Part shown: positions 1 to 9,322 of the stretch, piece by piece
Numbering within the stretch: the stretch's first letter is position 1
Layout: the number at the start of each line of letters is the position of its first letter
Assembly (NCBI GenBank): GCA_964527425.1
Contig: CAZGOA010000003.1
Coordinates: 29,941 to 93,940, forward strand
DNA length: 64,000 bases
From: an uncultured Gammaproteobacteria bacterium
Lineage (GTDB): Bacteria; Patescibacteriota; Microgenomatia; UBA10105; UBA927
Direction of reading: 5' to 3'
Made by a program: the position numbers and the translations under genes
The notes under the pieces: model-generated
Seen by the model: only the letters and a program-made list of their open reading frames with translations
Database searches by the model: none
Told to the model about the DNA's origin: nothing

Positions 1-1
1 G

Positions 2-298
2 GTACTATCTGATAAACAGGTAGCCCCAGGTGTTGTTATTCCATCCACACCAATTGGTATGCTGGAAATGGAAGATGAAGAAGGAATAGACACAAAAATC
101 GTTGCTGTTCCAACGTTAAAGATTGATCCGATTTATGGAGTATATACGGATATTGCTGATATTCCACAGGCAATTAAAGACAAAATGAAACATTTCTTTG
201 AACACTATAAAGAGCTGGAACCAGGAAAATGGGTAAAAATTAAAGACTGGAAAGGCAAAGCTGAAGCTGTTGCAGCTATTAAAAAAGCAATGAAATAG
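2..298 (+). CDS. ppa: inorganic pyrophosphatase, C-terminal part (5' end lies outside window)
   Basis: Frame-2 translation from the window edge (VLSDKQVAPGVVIPSTPIGMLEMEDEEGIDTKIVAVPT...HFFEHYKELEPGKWVKIKDW) matches the conserved C-terminal half of family I PPases. Confidence 0.75.
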   Translation, partial: VLSDKQVAPGVVIPSTPIGMLEMEDEEGIDTKIVAVPTLKIDPIYGVYTDIADIPQAIKDKMKHFFEHYKELEPGKWVKIKDWKGKAEAVAAIKKAMK

Positions 299-320
299 AA
301 AGTGAACATATGAAAAAACT

Positions 321-2855
321 ATGGATATAGGCAAAATCATATCATCTGAAATAGTTACAGAAATGCAGAAATCGTATCTGGATTATGCAATGTCTGTTAT
401 TGTTGCTCGAGCATTGCCGGATGTACGCGACGGATTAAAGCCGGTACATCGACGCATTCTTTTTGCAATGCAGCAAAAAGGTTTATACCATACAGGACGA
501 TATACAAAGAGTGCAAATGTTGTTGGAGAAGTATTAGGAAAATTACATCCTCATGGAGATGCTCCTGTGTATGAAGCCATGGTGCGTTTAGCGCAAGAAT
601 TTTCCATGCGTTATCCACTTATTGATGGTCAGGGGAACTTTGGATCAATCGATGGTGACCCGCCAGCAGCCATGCGGTACACCGAGTGCCGCCTTGCTTC
701 TATTGCAGGGGAAATGCTTACTGATATCGAAAAAGAAACAGTTACCTTTAGTCCGAATTATGACAATACCATAGAAGAACCAGATTATTTACCTGCAAAA
801 CTTCCTAATTTACTTCTTATGGGATCTGAAGGAATTGCAGTTGGAATGGCAACAAAAATTCCTCCGCATAATTTGACTGAAGTTATTGATGCAATTTCGT
901 TCATGATTGGTAAAGCAAAATTTGAAAAACCTGCTAAAACTTCTGAAGAAAATCAGGGAGAAGATCAAACATCTTCTCATGTTCAATTAACCTATGATGT
1001 GACAGTTGATGACTTAATGCAATTTATTCAGGGACCTGATTTTCCGACAGCAGGACAGATTTACGATATTTCTGAAATTAAGGCTGCTTACTCAACAGGT
1101 AAGGGACGCATTATTATGCGGGGTAAAGCTGAGATAGAAGAGGTTGGAGGGGGCAAATCGGCAATTATTATTACTGAATTGCCATATCAGGTGAATAAAG
1201 CAGTTCTGGTTGCTAAAATTGCTGATTTAGTAAAAGACAAGAAAATTGAGGGAATTTCTGATTTACGGGATGAATCTGATCGCCACGGAATCCGTGTTTA
1301 TGTGGAGCTTAAAAGAGATGCAAAACCCAAACAGGTATTAAATAACTTGTATAAGTATACACAACTTCAAAGCATGTTCCCTGTAAACGTAGTAGCCTTA
1401 GTTGATAACACTCCCCAAACGCTGAGTCTAACAACCATATTAGAACAATACTTAAAACATAGAATGGATGTAATTCGAAGGAGAAGCGAATACGAATTAA
1501 AAGAAGCAAGAGCAAGAGAACATATTTTGGAAGGATTAAAAATCGCCGTTGATCATATTGATGAGGTAATCAAAATCATTCGTGGAAGTGAAAGTGCAGA
1601 AGTTGCAAAAGGCAAACTGATGGACAAATTTAAATTGTCAGAGATTCAGGCTACAGCCATTTTGGATATGCAGCTTCGCAAATTAGCTGCTCTTGAACGA
1701 CAAAAAATTGAAGATGAACTGGCGATGGTACGTGAGACTATTGCATATTTACTTGACTTATTGGCCAACCCACCAAAGATGTTGAAAGTTATTCATGACG
1801 AATTAACAAAAATCAAAGAAAAATATGGTGATACAAGAAGAACTCGTGTATTTAAGAGTAAATTAGGTGAATTTACCGACGAACAGTTAATCCCTAACGA
1901 AGAAGTCATCATTACCATGAGTGAATCTGGATATATAAAACGGATGCCTCGTGGTACATTTAAACTTCAAGAGCGTGGAGGAAAAGGTGTTGTTGGGATG
2001 ACCACCAAAGAAGAAGACGCAATAGATCGGATTATTTCTGCACAAACGCACGATAATATGCTTATTTTCACTGACAAAGGAAAAGTGTATCAAGTACGTG
2101 TATGGGATATTCAGGAATCTTCAAGACAGGCTAAAGGTCAGGCAATTATCAACTTGATAAATATTGAATCTGGTGAACGGGTTACATCGATTTTAACCTA
2201 CAGCCTTAATAAAAATGAGCAAAAACAGGAAGGTGCACAATTTATTGTGATGGCAACTAAAAAAGGAACAGTAAAAAAGACGAAGTTAAGTGAATATGAG
2301 AATATCCGTCGAAGTGGACTTTTGGCTATTAAACTAGAATCCGGTGATGAATTATCATGGGTGAGAATATCCAGCGGTAAAGATGATATTTTGCTGGTTA
2401 CCTATGAAGGAAAATCCATCCGTTTTGCGGAATCTGAAGTAAGAGCAACGGGACGAGATACCATGGGTGTAAGAGGGATTAATTCTAAACCAAGCGATTA
2501 TATAACGAGTATGGATGTTATTGGTGCCAATATTAGTGAGCTTTCATTATTAACTATCATGGAAAAAGGAATTGGGAAGAAAACACCTGTTAAAGACTTT
2601 CCAAAACAAAAAAGAAGTGGTCAAGGTGTAAAGGTAGCAGAAGTCAAAGAAAAAACTGGAAAAATTGCAGTCTCACAATTAGTGGATTTAAAAACCGATA
2701 GTGTGATTATTACTTCGAATAAAGGCCAGGTTGTAAAATTACCGATTACCTCAATTCCTACACTAGGGAGAGCAACAAGTGGAGTAATACTGATGAGATT
2801 TACCAATAAAAATGATACAGTTGCTTCTGCTACATGTCTTAATACTACTAGCTAA
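321..2855 (+). CDS. gyrA: DNA gyrase subunit A
   Basis: 844 aa. N-terminal [29 protein letters not shown], the active-site Tyr region and the C-terminal beta-pinwheel repeats are typical GyrA. Confidence 0.95.
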   Translation: MDIGKIISSEIVTEMQKSYLDYAMSVIVARALPDVRDGLKPVHRRILFAMQQKGLYHTGRYTKSANVVGEVLGKLHPHGDAPVYEAMVRLAQEFSMRYPLIDGQGNFGSIDGDPPAAMRYTECRLASIAGEMLTDIEKETVTFSPNYDNTIEEPDYLPAKLPNLLLMGSEGIAVGMATKIPPHNLTEVIDAISFMIGKAKFEKPAKTSEENQGEDQTSSHVQLTYDVTVDDLMQFIQGPDFPTAGQIYDISEIKAAYSTGKGRIIMRGKAEIEEVGGGKSAIIITELPYQVNKAVLVAKIADLVKDKKIEGISDLRDESDRHGIRVYVELKRDAKPKQVLNNLYKYTQLQSMFPVNVVALVDNTPQTLSLTTILEQYLKHRMDVIRRRSEYELKEARAREHILEGLKIAVDHIDEVIKIIRGSESAEVAKGKLMDKFKLSEIQATAILDMQLRKLAALERQKIEDELAMVRETIAYLLDLLANPPKMLKVIHDELTKIKEKYGDTRRTRVFKSKLGEFTDEQLIPNEEVIITMSESGYIKRMPRGTFKLQERGGKGVVGMTTKEEDAIDRIISAQTHDNMLIFTDKGKVYQVRVWDIQESSRQAKGQAIINLINIESGERVTSILTYSLNKNEQKQEGAQFIVMATKKGTVKKTKLSEYENIRRSGLLAIKLESGDELSWVRISSGKDDILLVTYEGKSIRFAESEVRATGRDTMGVRGINSKPSDYITSMDVIGANISELSLLTIMEKGIGKKTPVKDFPKQKRSGQGVKVAEVKEKTGKIAVSQLVDLKTDSVIITSNKGQVVKLPITSIPTLGRATSGVILMRFTNKNDTVASATCLNTTS

Positions 2856-2950
2856 CTAAGGAGTAACTTATTCAAACAAGAATCGGAAAATTTATCCAAG
2901 AAAATAGCGTTGTAGTGTTTTGATCCTTATTAGTTTTGGGTTTACGAAAC

Positions 2951-2959
2951 TGTTATAGT
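2951..2959 (+). promoter_or_regulatory. extended -10 element TGtTATAGT, 6 nt upstream of the bcp ATG at 2966 (candidate leaderless promoter)
   Basis: TGnTATAGT motif seen in sequence. The same architecture recurs at several other genes. Confidence 0.3.
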
Positions 2960-2965
2960 ATGGAT

Positions 2966-3415
2966 ATGATTGCACCAGACTTTAATCTTCCAGACCAGAA
3001 GGGAAATAACCATCGATTGTCTGATTATCAGGGTAAATGGAGGGTTGTTTATTTTTATCCTAAAGATCATACACCGACTTGTACTAAAGAGGCATGCAGT
3101 TTTCGGGATGCCAAAGAAGATTTTGTAAAACATGATGTGGTTGTTTTTGGAATTTCTGCAGATACGGTAAGCACTCATAAAAATTTTGCTGAAAAACATA
3201 ATGTATCGTTTCCATTACTGTCTGATACATCGATGGAGACTATAAAAGCATACGGAGCATGGGGCGGGAAACTATTGTTTGGCAGAAGTTTTTTGAGTAT
3301 TTTACGTAAAACCTTTTTAATAAATCCTACTGGCGAGATTGTGAAAGTATATGAAGGTATGGATGTCAAAACACATGCAAGCGAGATACTTGAAGATATA
3401 AAATCTTTAGCCTAA
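2966..3415 (+). CDS. bcp: thiol peroxidase / peroxiredoxin Bcp (AhpC/TSA family)
   Basis: APDFNLPDQ...VVYFYPKDHTPTCTKEACSFRD has the peroxidatic Cys in a T/PxxC context. The ORF track starts at 2936; I prefer the internal ATG at 2966 directly downstream of a -10 element. Confidence 0.8.
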   Translation: MIAPDFNLPDQKGNNHRLSDYQGKWRVVYFYPKDHTPTCTKEACSFRDAKEDFVKHDVVVFGISADTVSTHKNFAEKHNVSFPLLSDTSMETIKAYGAWGGKLLFGRSFLSILRKTFLINPTGEIVKVYEGMDVKTHASEILEDIKSLA

Positions 3416-3462
3416 CAAGACATAACATATACAGGTATCGAACTGATGTGTAATATGTGACT

Positions 3463-4302
3463 ATGGGAGTACGTATTGATGGTAAAAAAATAGCTGACGA
3501 GCTGTTAGCATCTCTTCGTGAACAGATAAAAGTCCACAATCTCCATCCACACCTTGAAGTAATTCTGGTTGGAAATGATCCAGGATCTCTTTCTTACATT
3601 AAACAGAAACAAAAAGCGGCAGAATCTATTGGTGCAACCGTTAATCTTACTCAATTTTCACCTTCAGTTACAAAAGATGAGATGATCAAGCAAATCCAAA
3701 GTTTGAATTCATCTTCTACAGTATCTGGAATTATTATTCAACGACCACTGCCAGCAGAAACAAAGATTCCAGCATCGGTTATTTCTTCTATTATTCCACA
3801 AAAGGATGTGGACGGATTTGTACCTCATTCTCGATATGAAGTACCTGTAGCAAAAGCGATTATTAAAATTCTTGAATATATTTTTTATAAAGAATTTGAT
3901 ACTCCACAAATAGATTTAATAAATTGGCTCAGAACTCAACGTGTCGTGATTATCGGTAAAGGGGAGACTGCTGGCAAGCCGATTTTACACTTGTTTGAAC
4001 GATTGTCTATCCCTGTTATTGTGATTGACCGTTCTACTCTTCACCCTCACGAGCTTATGAAAAACGCGACAATTCTTATTTCATGCGCAGGTTCTGCAGG
4101 TCTTATTACTGGGAAGCATATTCGGGATAGTTCTATTCTTATTGCAGTGGGATTAAGCAGGAGTGAGGGATCGTTAGTTGGAGATTATGATGAAGAGAAT
4201 ATTAGGGAAAAAGTTTCTTTCTATACACCAACGCCTGGTGGAGTAGGGCCAGTAAATGTTGCCTGTCTGATGGAAAATCTGGTGAAGGCGAGTGAGAGAT
4301 AA
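3463..4302 (+). CDS. folD: bifunctional methylenetetrahydrofolate dehydrogenase/cyclohydrolase
   Basis: MGVRIDGKKIADEL...ILVGNDPGSLSYIKQK...GPVNVACLMENL aligns with FolD. The start is moved to the M that aligns with FolD N-termini; TAATAT lies 6 nt upstream. Confidence 0.8.
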   Translation: MGVRIDGKKIADELLASLREQIKVHNLHPHLEVILVGNDPGSLSYIKQKQKAAESIGATVNLTQFSPSVTKDEMIKQIQSLNSSSTVSGIIIQRPLPAETKIPASVISSIIPQKDVDGFVPHSRYEVPVAKAIIKILEYIFYKEFDTPQIDLINWLRTQRVVIIGKGETAGKPILHLFERLSIPVIVIDRSTLHPHELMKNATILISCAGSAGLITGKHIRDSSILIAVGLSRSEGSLVGDYDEENIREKVSFYTPTPGGVGPVNVACLMENLVKASER

Positions 4303-4346
4303 ATTAATTCTTCTTAGTCAGGCAAACTCAGATTCGATCAGGAATA

Positions 4347-4391
4347 CTTCCGATCCGGGATCGGTAGCCTCATCCGATCCGGGGTCGGAAG
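4347..4391. repeat. palindromic interspersed repeat, module-2 type (CTTCCGATCCGGGATCGG-TAGCCTC-ATCCGATCCGGGGTCGGAAG)
   Basis: Self-complementary CCGATCCGGGATCGG core, shared with at least 8 other loci in the window. Confidence 0.8.
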
Positions 4392-4458
4392 AAACTAGCC
4401 TATAATATTTGTGTTATTCCTTATTTTTCGTTATACTATCTATCCCTATACACTATCT

Positions 4459-5505
4459 ATGAATGAACAAAAGTCATTTAAACCGGATAATTTAGAATTT
4501 CAGATGTATCTATCTCGATTCAGTAATGATCATCCAGGTGTACTGGAAACATTTTGGCGTGATCCTCTGTTTTTAGATCATGTAACTTCATTACATATTA
4601 ATCCTGAAGCTCTTTCAAAACTCCAGAGACATGAAGTTGCCGCGACATTGATTGCACCACCTAGAATGAGGGCGGCATTTATGCATGGACCTATGCGGGC
4701 AATCCTTAGTCGGGTTGATTATGAAGGATATAGTAAATACTTAACTGACTATGCTCAGAGTACAATTTCAGGACAACAGTCATTCACCCAATCAAGATTC
4801 AATAGTGATTCTTTGAAATTTGCTTTTCAAACGCTAAATCGATTAGTTGACCCCTTGGTGAATAGCTATGGACAGCCAGTCTCAGACCTTCTTAACAACG
4901 ATCCATATCTGAATGCCAGATTTCGACTCTATACAAACCTACAATACCCAGAGGATGTACTGCGGGATAGTTTTCAAACATCTTATACTACCTATCAAAC
5001 AATACTTGAACGCTGTATTACTCATGCAAACGGCAGTCATGAATTTTCTTATCTCCATGCATCTAGTAATAGGGTCCGAGAACTGGCACACATACGACTA
5101 TTAAAAATGACTGATATAGCTCAAATTGCCAAAGGTCTCACCAGAACCAGTAACGGATTTGTAACCCCAGAACTTGTTACTCAAAGACAGCTATATAAGT
5201 GTATAGAGCTAAAAGACGATCATTTCGGACTAACTCATTCAACGGTTCAGGAGCTTAACACTCACTTGCGAAACCATAACCGCAGTATGGGTGATCCTGA
5301 AGAAAACGAAGGGTATATTCCTGAACTAGGCACATCATCGGGTTGTCCATTTGGACATGAAGGAAGTCAGCAACCGAGATATTCAGATAATCCGCTCGAG
5401 GTACAATACCTTCCTGCTCATTTGCGTCAGGACATTGTTGAACCTATAGATATCATACATCAGTGGATTTGCTTACTGGCAGAAGCTTATAACCAACATA
5501 TATGA
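4459..5505 (+). CDS. hypothetical protein, paralog A of a tandem pair (C-terminal TSSGCPFGH motif)
   Basis: Long ORF with no recognisable family. Its stop overlaps the start of the next gene (ATGA). It shares the motif ...TSSGCPFGHEGSQQPRYSD with the downstream paralog. Start set at MNEQKSF; the track ORF begins at 4411. Confidence 0.5.
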   Translation: MNEQKSFKPDNLEFQMYLSRFSNDHPGVLETFWRDPLFLDHVTSLHINPEALSKLQRHEVAATLIAPPRMRAAFMHGPMRAILSRVDYEGYSKYLTDYAQSTISGQQSFTQSRFNSDSLKFAFQTLNRLVDPLVNSYGQPVSDLLNNDPYLNARFRLYTNLQYPEDVLRDSFQTSYTTYQTILERCITHANGSHEFSYLHASSNRVRELAHIRLLKMTDIAQIAKGLTRTSNGFVTPELVTQRQLYKCIELKDDHFGLTHSTVQELNTHLRNHNRSMGDPEENEGYIPELGTSSGCPFGHEGSQQPRYSDNPLEVQYLPAHLRQDIVEPIDIIHQWICLLAEAYNQHI

Positions 5506-6704
5506 GAGAAGTACTAACAAATAATCCAAATACTGACTATATCTCATTATTGATACAAGACGCAAAAGACCGTCCAGACGATTATCCCTGCAATGGAGTA
5601 CAAGATTATACTCACGATCTTCGAACGATAGCGGCGTCTATGCTGGCAGATACAAGACTTGGTATTGAAATTGTTCCATACGGAAACACCATTAGAGTCA
5701 CAGTGCAACATAACTTAGTCGGTGAGATTGAGGATATTCCTGATATCAACACTGTTGATGCACTTATGACTATATTAAAGACCCATTATGCACCGGATCA
5801 TCTAAGAGGAGATTTTCATAAAACTGTAACTAATCGTTTACTCAGACAGACTCATTTACCACAGATTACTCGTACTGATATTACCAGTTTGGAGAGTGAA
5901 GAACATGCTATTGAAATGGACTATCTTCCAGACTACTTAACTCAACCTCATCGCTTACTCAATGCACTGTTTGTTCGAGTTGAGCAAACAGAAAATATAC
6001 CTGAAATTTGGAATCGTATTATCAGCCCAGACATTCTCAAAAAAGAGCCGGTTATCGCATTCAGACTTTATCAGTATGCGTATTATAATTCGTTCGATAC
6101 AATTATTTCAGACGGTGTGATTGGACAGGTTAAAATTACTCGGGCACTGTTATTTAGCATTATTGAACGCCTCGATCGAACCAATCCCATATATTCACCA
6201 GATATTCCTACAGCGCTTCACGCTGCGCAGTATATTCTGCGAAGTAAAAATTTTATGCACATGATGTTTGAATTAACACAGATACCAAATGGACATCTGA
6301 TTCCAGGCATCCAACATCCGCTATTACCGGACAATAGATGGCAATACTTTACCTCTAGTCTCCGTATATCTGATGGGGATATTGCGTTTACCGATCAGTA
6401 CCGTGAAGAATTGGATCGGAATATAAAAACACATAATAATCGTTCAGGTACTCTTCCTGACACTTTACGCAATAAGCCATATACAGTGTTAGAAGCTGCA
6501 ACTACGTCAGGTTGCCCACTCGGTCACGGAGCACCCAGTAAACAAACGTTTTCTGATGACAGAAATAACATCGCTTTTTTCCCAGATAAAGCACTAACAT
6601 CTGTAAACAAACACCCGATTATTAGCCTTAATGATACGTTAATTGACCTGATTGACATGGTAATCACTGATAAAGAACTTCAACAATCATTATTAGCATC
6701 ATAG
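5502..6704 (+). CDS. hypothetical protein, paralog B of a tandem pair (C-terminal TTSGCPLGH motif)
   Basis: 400 aa ORF translationally coupled to the upstream gene. Conserved block EAATTSGCPLGHGAPSKQTFSD. Confidence 0.5.
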   Translation: MREVLTNNPNTDYISLLIQDAKDRPDDYPCNGVQDYTHDLRTIAASMLADTRLGIEIVPYGNTIRVTVQHNLVGEIEDIPDINTVDALMTILKTHYAPDHLRGDFHKTVTNRLLRQTHLPQITRTDITSLESEEHAIEMDYLPDYLTQPHRLLNALFVRVEQTENIPEIWNRIISPDILKKEPVIAFRLYQYAYYNSFDTIISDGVIGQVKITRALLFSIIERLDRTNPIYSPDIPTALHAAQYILRSKNFMHMMFELTQIPNGHLIPGIQHPLLPDNRWQYFTSSLRISDGDIAFTDQYREELDRNIKTHNNRSGTLPDTLRNKPYTVLEAATTSGCPLGHGAPSKQTFSDDRNNIAFFPDKALTSVNKHPIISLNDTLIDLIDMVITDKELQQSLLAS

Positions 6705-6741
6705 ATGCAGACAGACTATGGATATGCTATAACTAGAGTAT

Positions 6742-7479
6742 ATGAACTCAATAAAATCATATTTAGTTATTCCTGTAGTATTTTTTGCTTTATTGTTTGT
6801 TTATTCAAAAATTGGCGGTCCTATTCCGCTTTCTGTCAACAGTGTTGTCACACAAAAGATGGATGCATTCACGGTATCTGGCGAGGGTAAGGTAAGTATT
6901 TCTCCTGATATGGCTGTTGTGACTATTGGCGTGCAGACAACAGGCAATACTGTTAAAGCAACTCAAAATGATTTAAATCGTCGTATTAACGCTGTAAGTG
7001 AAGCAGTTAAGAGATTGGGTATTTCTGACGCTGACATTCAAACGAGTAACTATTCGATTTATCCAGACTATGATTTTCAAGCTCCTTTACAAAGAATAAC
7101 TGGATATAACGCATCGAGTAATTTGGTGATTAACATTAAAGATCTTGATAAAACGAACGACGTGATTGATGCCGCAACAGCTCAAGGTGCAAATAGCGTC
7201 AGTGGTGTCACTTTTGATGTTGAGGATAAAGAAAAAGCACAAAATGAAGCTCGGGAATTGGCAGTTACTGATGCAAAAAAGAAAGCACAGACAGCTGCAA
7301 ATATCGCAGGATTTTCACTTGGGAAAATTGTAAACTACTCAGAAAATTTTGGTGGGGGAGGCATTGGCCCGCTTCCATATATGGCACGTGATATTGCATT
7401 AGAATCAGTCAAAACAGACGTTCAACCAGGATCTCAGGAAATACTAGTCAATGTGTCATTGAGTTATGAGATACAGTAA
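6742..7479 (+). CDS. SIMPL-domain protein (DUF541; YggE/26 kDa periplasmic immunogenic protein-like)
   Basis: N-terminal signal/TM segment followed by a SIMPL-like domain (VSGEGKVSISPDMAVVTIGV...NYSIYPDYDF...DAKKKAQTAANIAG). Confidence 0.6.
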   Translation: MNSIKSYLVIPVVFFALLFVYSKIGGPIPLSVNSVVTQKMDAFTVSGEGKVSISPDMAVVTIGVQTTGNTVKATQNDLNRRINAVSEAVKRLGISDADIQTSNYSIYPDYDFQAPLQRITGYNASSNLVINIKDLDKTNDVIDAATAQGANSVSGVTFDVEDKEKAQNEARELAVTDAKKKAQTAANIAGFSLGKIVNYSENFGGGGIGPLPYMARDIALESVKTDVQPGSQEILVNVSLSYEIQ

Positions 7480-7487
7480 CTCGGAAA

Positions 7488-8426
7488 TTACTTACGGTGA
7501 AACTTCTGATGAATATCTCGAAGTTGGGGGTTGGTGACATGGGTGTAAATTTGGGTAGTTGAAACGTTTTTGTGACCTAACATTTCTTGAATAGCACGTA
7601 AGTCTGCTCCATTGTGAAGTAAATCTGTAGCATAACTGTGTCTGAGTCCATGAGGAGTTATTTTGATGGGTAGTTTTGCCTTTTTTACATACTTTTCTAC
7701 CATTCTCTGAACGCTTCTGGCAGATAGTCTTAAGGATTCACCATCTTTATCATCCGGATCGGGGGTTGGTCCGTTATATCGAATAAATAAGGCCTTAGAA
7801 TCATCTCTTCTGTTTGAAAGATAACGAGTAACCCACTCAACAGCTGAATCTGATAAAAAGACAACTCGTGCCCTTCTTCCTTTTCCTATAACGCCAAATT
7901 CTTTCCGTTCAAAATTGATTTGATCTCTATTCAAACTCACTAATTCTGAAACACGAAGTCCTGTTGAGAACAATAATTCCAGTATCGCTTTATCTCTTAG
8001 TCCTTCTTCTTCTGATAGAGAAGGCATATTCAGCAGTCGATCAACATCACTTCGTTCTAAAAATTTTATACTTCTGCTTTCAGCTTTGGCTAGATCAATT
8101 TTCTCTGGATGGACTGTTTCGACATCCCGTTTCATCATATATTTAAGAAAAGATCTGACAGCTATTAAATGGTAATTTTGGGTAACTCTTTTTAAACTTA
8201 AGCCTTTTTCATCGACATAACGCGATAAAAATAATCGGTATTCACGAATCCGATCTGCTGTGAGATGACTAACCTGTAGTTGTTCGGGAGAGGAGGGGAG
8301 AGTCTGAGCTAAAAATCCTATAAGTCGAGATAAATAATGATGGTAATTACGAACGGTTAGTTGAGAAACATTTCGTTCAATTTCGAGGTATTCTAAAAAC
8401 TGTTTAACTGCTTCTGTTAATGGCAT
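7488..8426 (-). CDS. tyrosine site-specific recombinase, XerC/XerD family
   Basis: C-terminal catalytic box HGLRHSYATDLLHNGADLRAIQEMLGHKNVSTTQIYTHV (R..H..R..Y). Confidence 0.8.
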   Translation of the reverse strand: MPLTEAVKQFLEYLEIERNVSQLTVRNYHHYLSRLIGFLAQTLPSSPEQLQVSHLTADRIREYRLFLSRYVDEKGLSLKRVTQNYHLIAVRSFLKYMMKRDVETVHPEKIDLAKAESRSIKFLERSDVDRLLNMPSLSEEEGLRDKAILELLFSTGLRVSELVSLNRDQINFERKEFGVIGKGRRARVVFLSDSAVEWVTRYLSNRRDDSKALFIRYNGPTPDPDDKDGESLRLSARSVQRMVEKYVKKAKLPIKITPHGLRHSYATDLLHNGADLRAIQEMLGHKNVSTTQIYTHVTNPQLRDIHQKFHRK

Positions 8427-8485
8427 TATTTATAATGTGCGACATCTGGATAGAAAAATCAAGTCTTAGGTGTAATTTTTTTATG

Positions 8486-9094
8486 TTACTCAATAGTCCA
8501 AATGACAGGACGTTTGCGAGCATATTCAACTTCGTATCGTTTATATTGACTAAATTTAGTGTATGGCCAAATAGATACCTTTTTATCTACATAGTTCCCA
8601 TGAATAAGGAGTGGTTCTTTATGTTCATCATATTGTAAAAAGAGTGCGAGATGAGGACCTGGATACTGTAATTTTAAAGCTCTTTCTAATGCATCATTTC
8701 CTCGTATCTCATTTGGAATAGCCCGAAATTCTTTAATATTAGCCTGAGCAAAAAAGAATATATCTCCTAGCTGTAAGGGTTCATCTACCAATAAAGGACG
8801 TACATAGGGATTGGGTAAAATCATATGAACTGGATCGAGGGTAGGGGGCAGTTTATACGTAAATAATCTCTCTAATAAATAGTGAACTACATACACACAA
8901 TTCACTTCTGTTTGACCTTTTAGATAATATGGAACCTGATCGGGACTTTGGTGATAGTTATACGGCGCTCCCATTATTTCTTGTATGGCGTGATGTTGAG
9001 AAGTTTCGTGATTGAAAAAAGTTGTCTCCTTTAGAATGCTGTTAACTATACTAAATGTATATTTTTCTGACAACCCAAGAACCAGATGACGCAT
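8486..9094 (-). CDS. NlpC/P60-like (C40 papain-fold) hydrolase, no signal peptide
   Basis: Pattern NCVYVVHYLL...LQLGDIFFF...HLALFLQYDEHKEPLLIHGN resembles the Cys...GDL-FF...H-G-Y...H core of NlpC/P60. The track start at 9121 is an artefact of the adjacent repeat (MNVCIRDR encoded by repeat DNA), so the start is moved to MRHLVLG. Confidence 0.4.
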   Translation of the reverse strand: MRHLVLGLSEKYTFSIVNSILKETTFFNHETSQHHAIQEIMGAPYNYHQSPDQVPYYLKGQTEVNCVYVVHYLLERLFTYKLPPTLDPVHMILPNPYVRPLLVDEPLQLGDIFFFAQANIKEFRAIPNEIRGNDALERALKLQYPGPHLALFLQYDEHKEPLLIHGNYVDKKVSIWPYTKFSQYKRYEVEYARKRPVIWTIE

Positions 9095-9097
9095 AGT

Positions 9098-9296
9098 TCG
9101 ATCCCGGATGCAGACATTCATCCGATCCCGGATCGAGGTAAGATCTCCTTAAAGTTAGTTCATCTCGATCCGGGATGCAGACATTCGTCCGATCCCGGAT
9201 CGGAGTAAGATCTCCATAAAGTTAATTCATCTCGATCCGGGATGCAGACATTCGTCCGATCCCGGATCGGTAGCCTCTTCCGATCCCGGATCGGAA
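9098..9296. repeat. tandem array: 3 x ~65 bp units (39 nt hairpin module plus 26 nt near-identical linker) ending in the TAGCCTC plus module-2 palindrome
   Basis: TTCGATCCCGGATGCAGACATTCATCCGATCCCGGATCGAGGTAAGATCTCCTTAAAGTTAGTTCA, followed by TCTCGATCCGGGATGCAGACATTCGTCCGATCCCGGATCGGAGTAAGATCTCCATAAAGTTAATTCA, followed by a third copy, then TAGCCTCTTCCGATCCCGGATCGGAA. Confidence 0.85.
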
Positions 9297-9322
9297 TAAT
9301 CAAGATCTGATACACTAAAGAT

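Noticed and set aside
7741-7763. CATCCGGATCGGGGGTTGG inside the Xer recombinase CDS resembling the palindromic repeat core
   Set aside because: It is a short partial match embedded in a well-conserved coding region (...DDPDRGLVR...). It is most likely coincidental and not an inserted repeat.
9098-9296. Possible CRISPR array (regular 39 nt repeats with ~26 nt spacers)
   Set aside because: The spacers are nearly identical to each other. The same repeat occurs as single copies at many other loci, and there are no cas genes in the window. It is a tandemly amplified interspersed palindromic element, not CRISPR.
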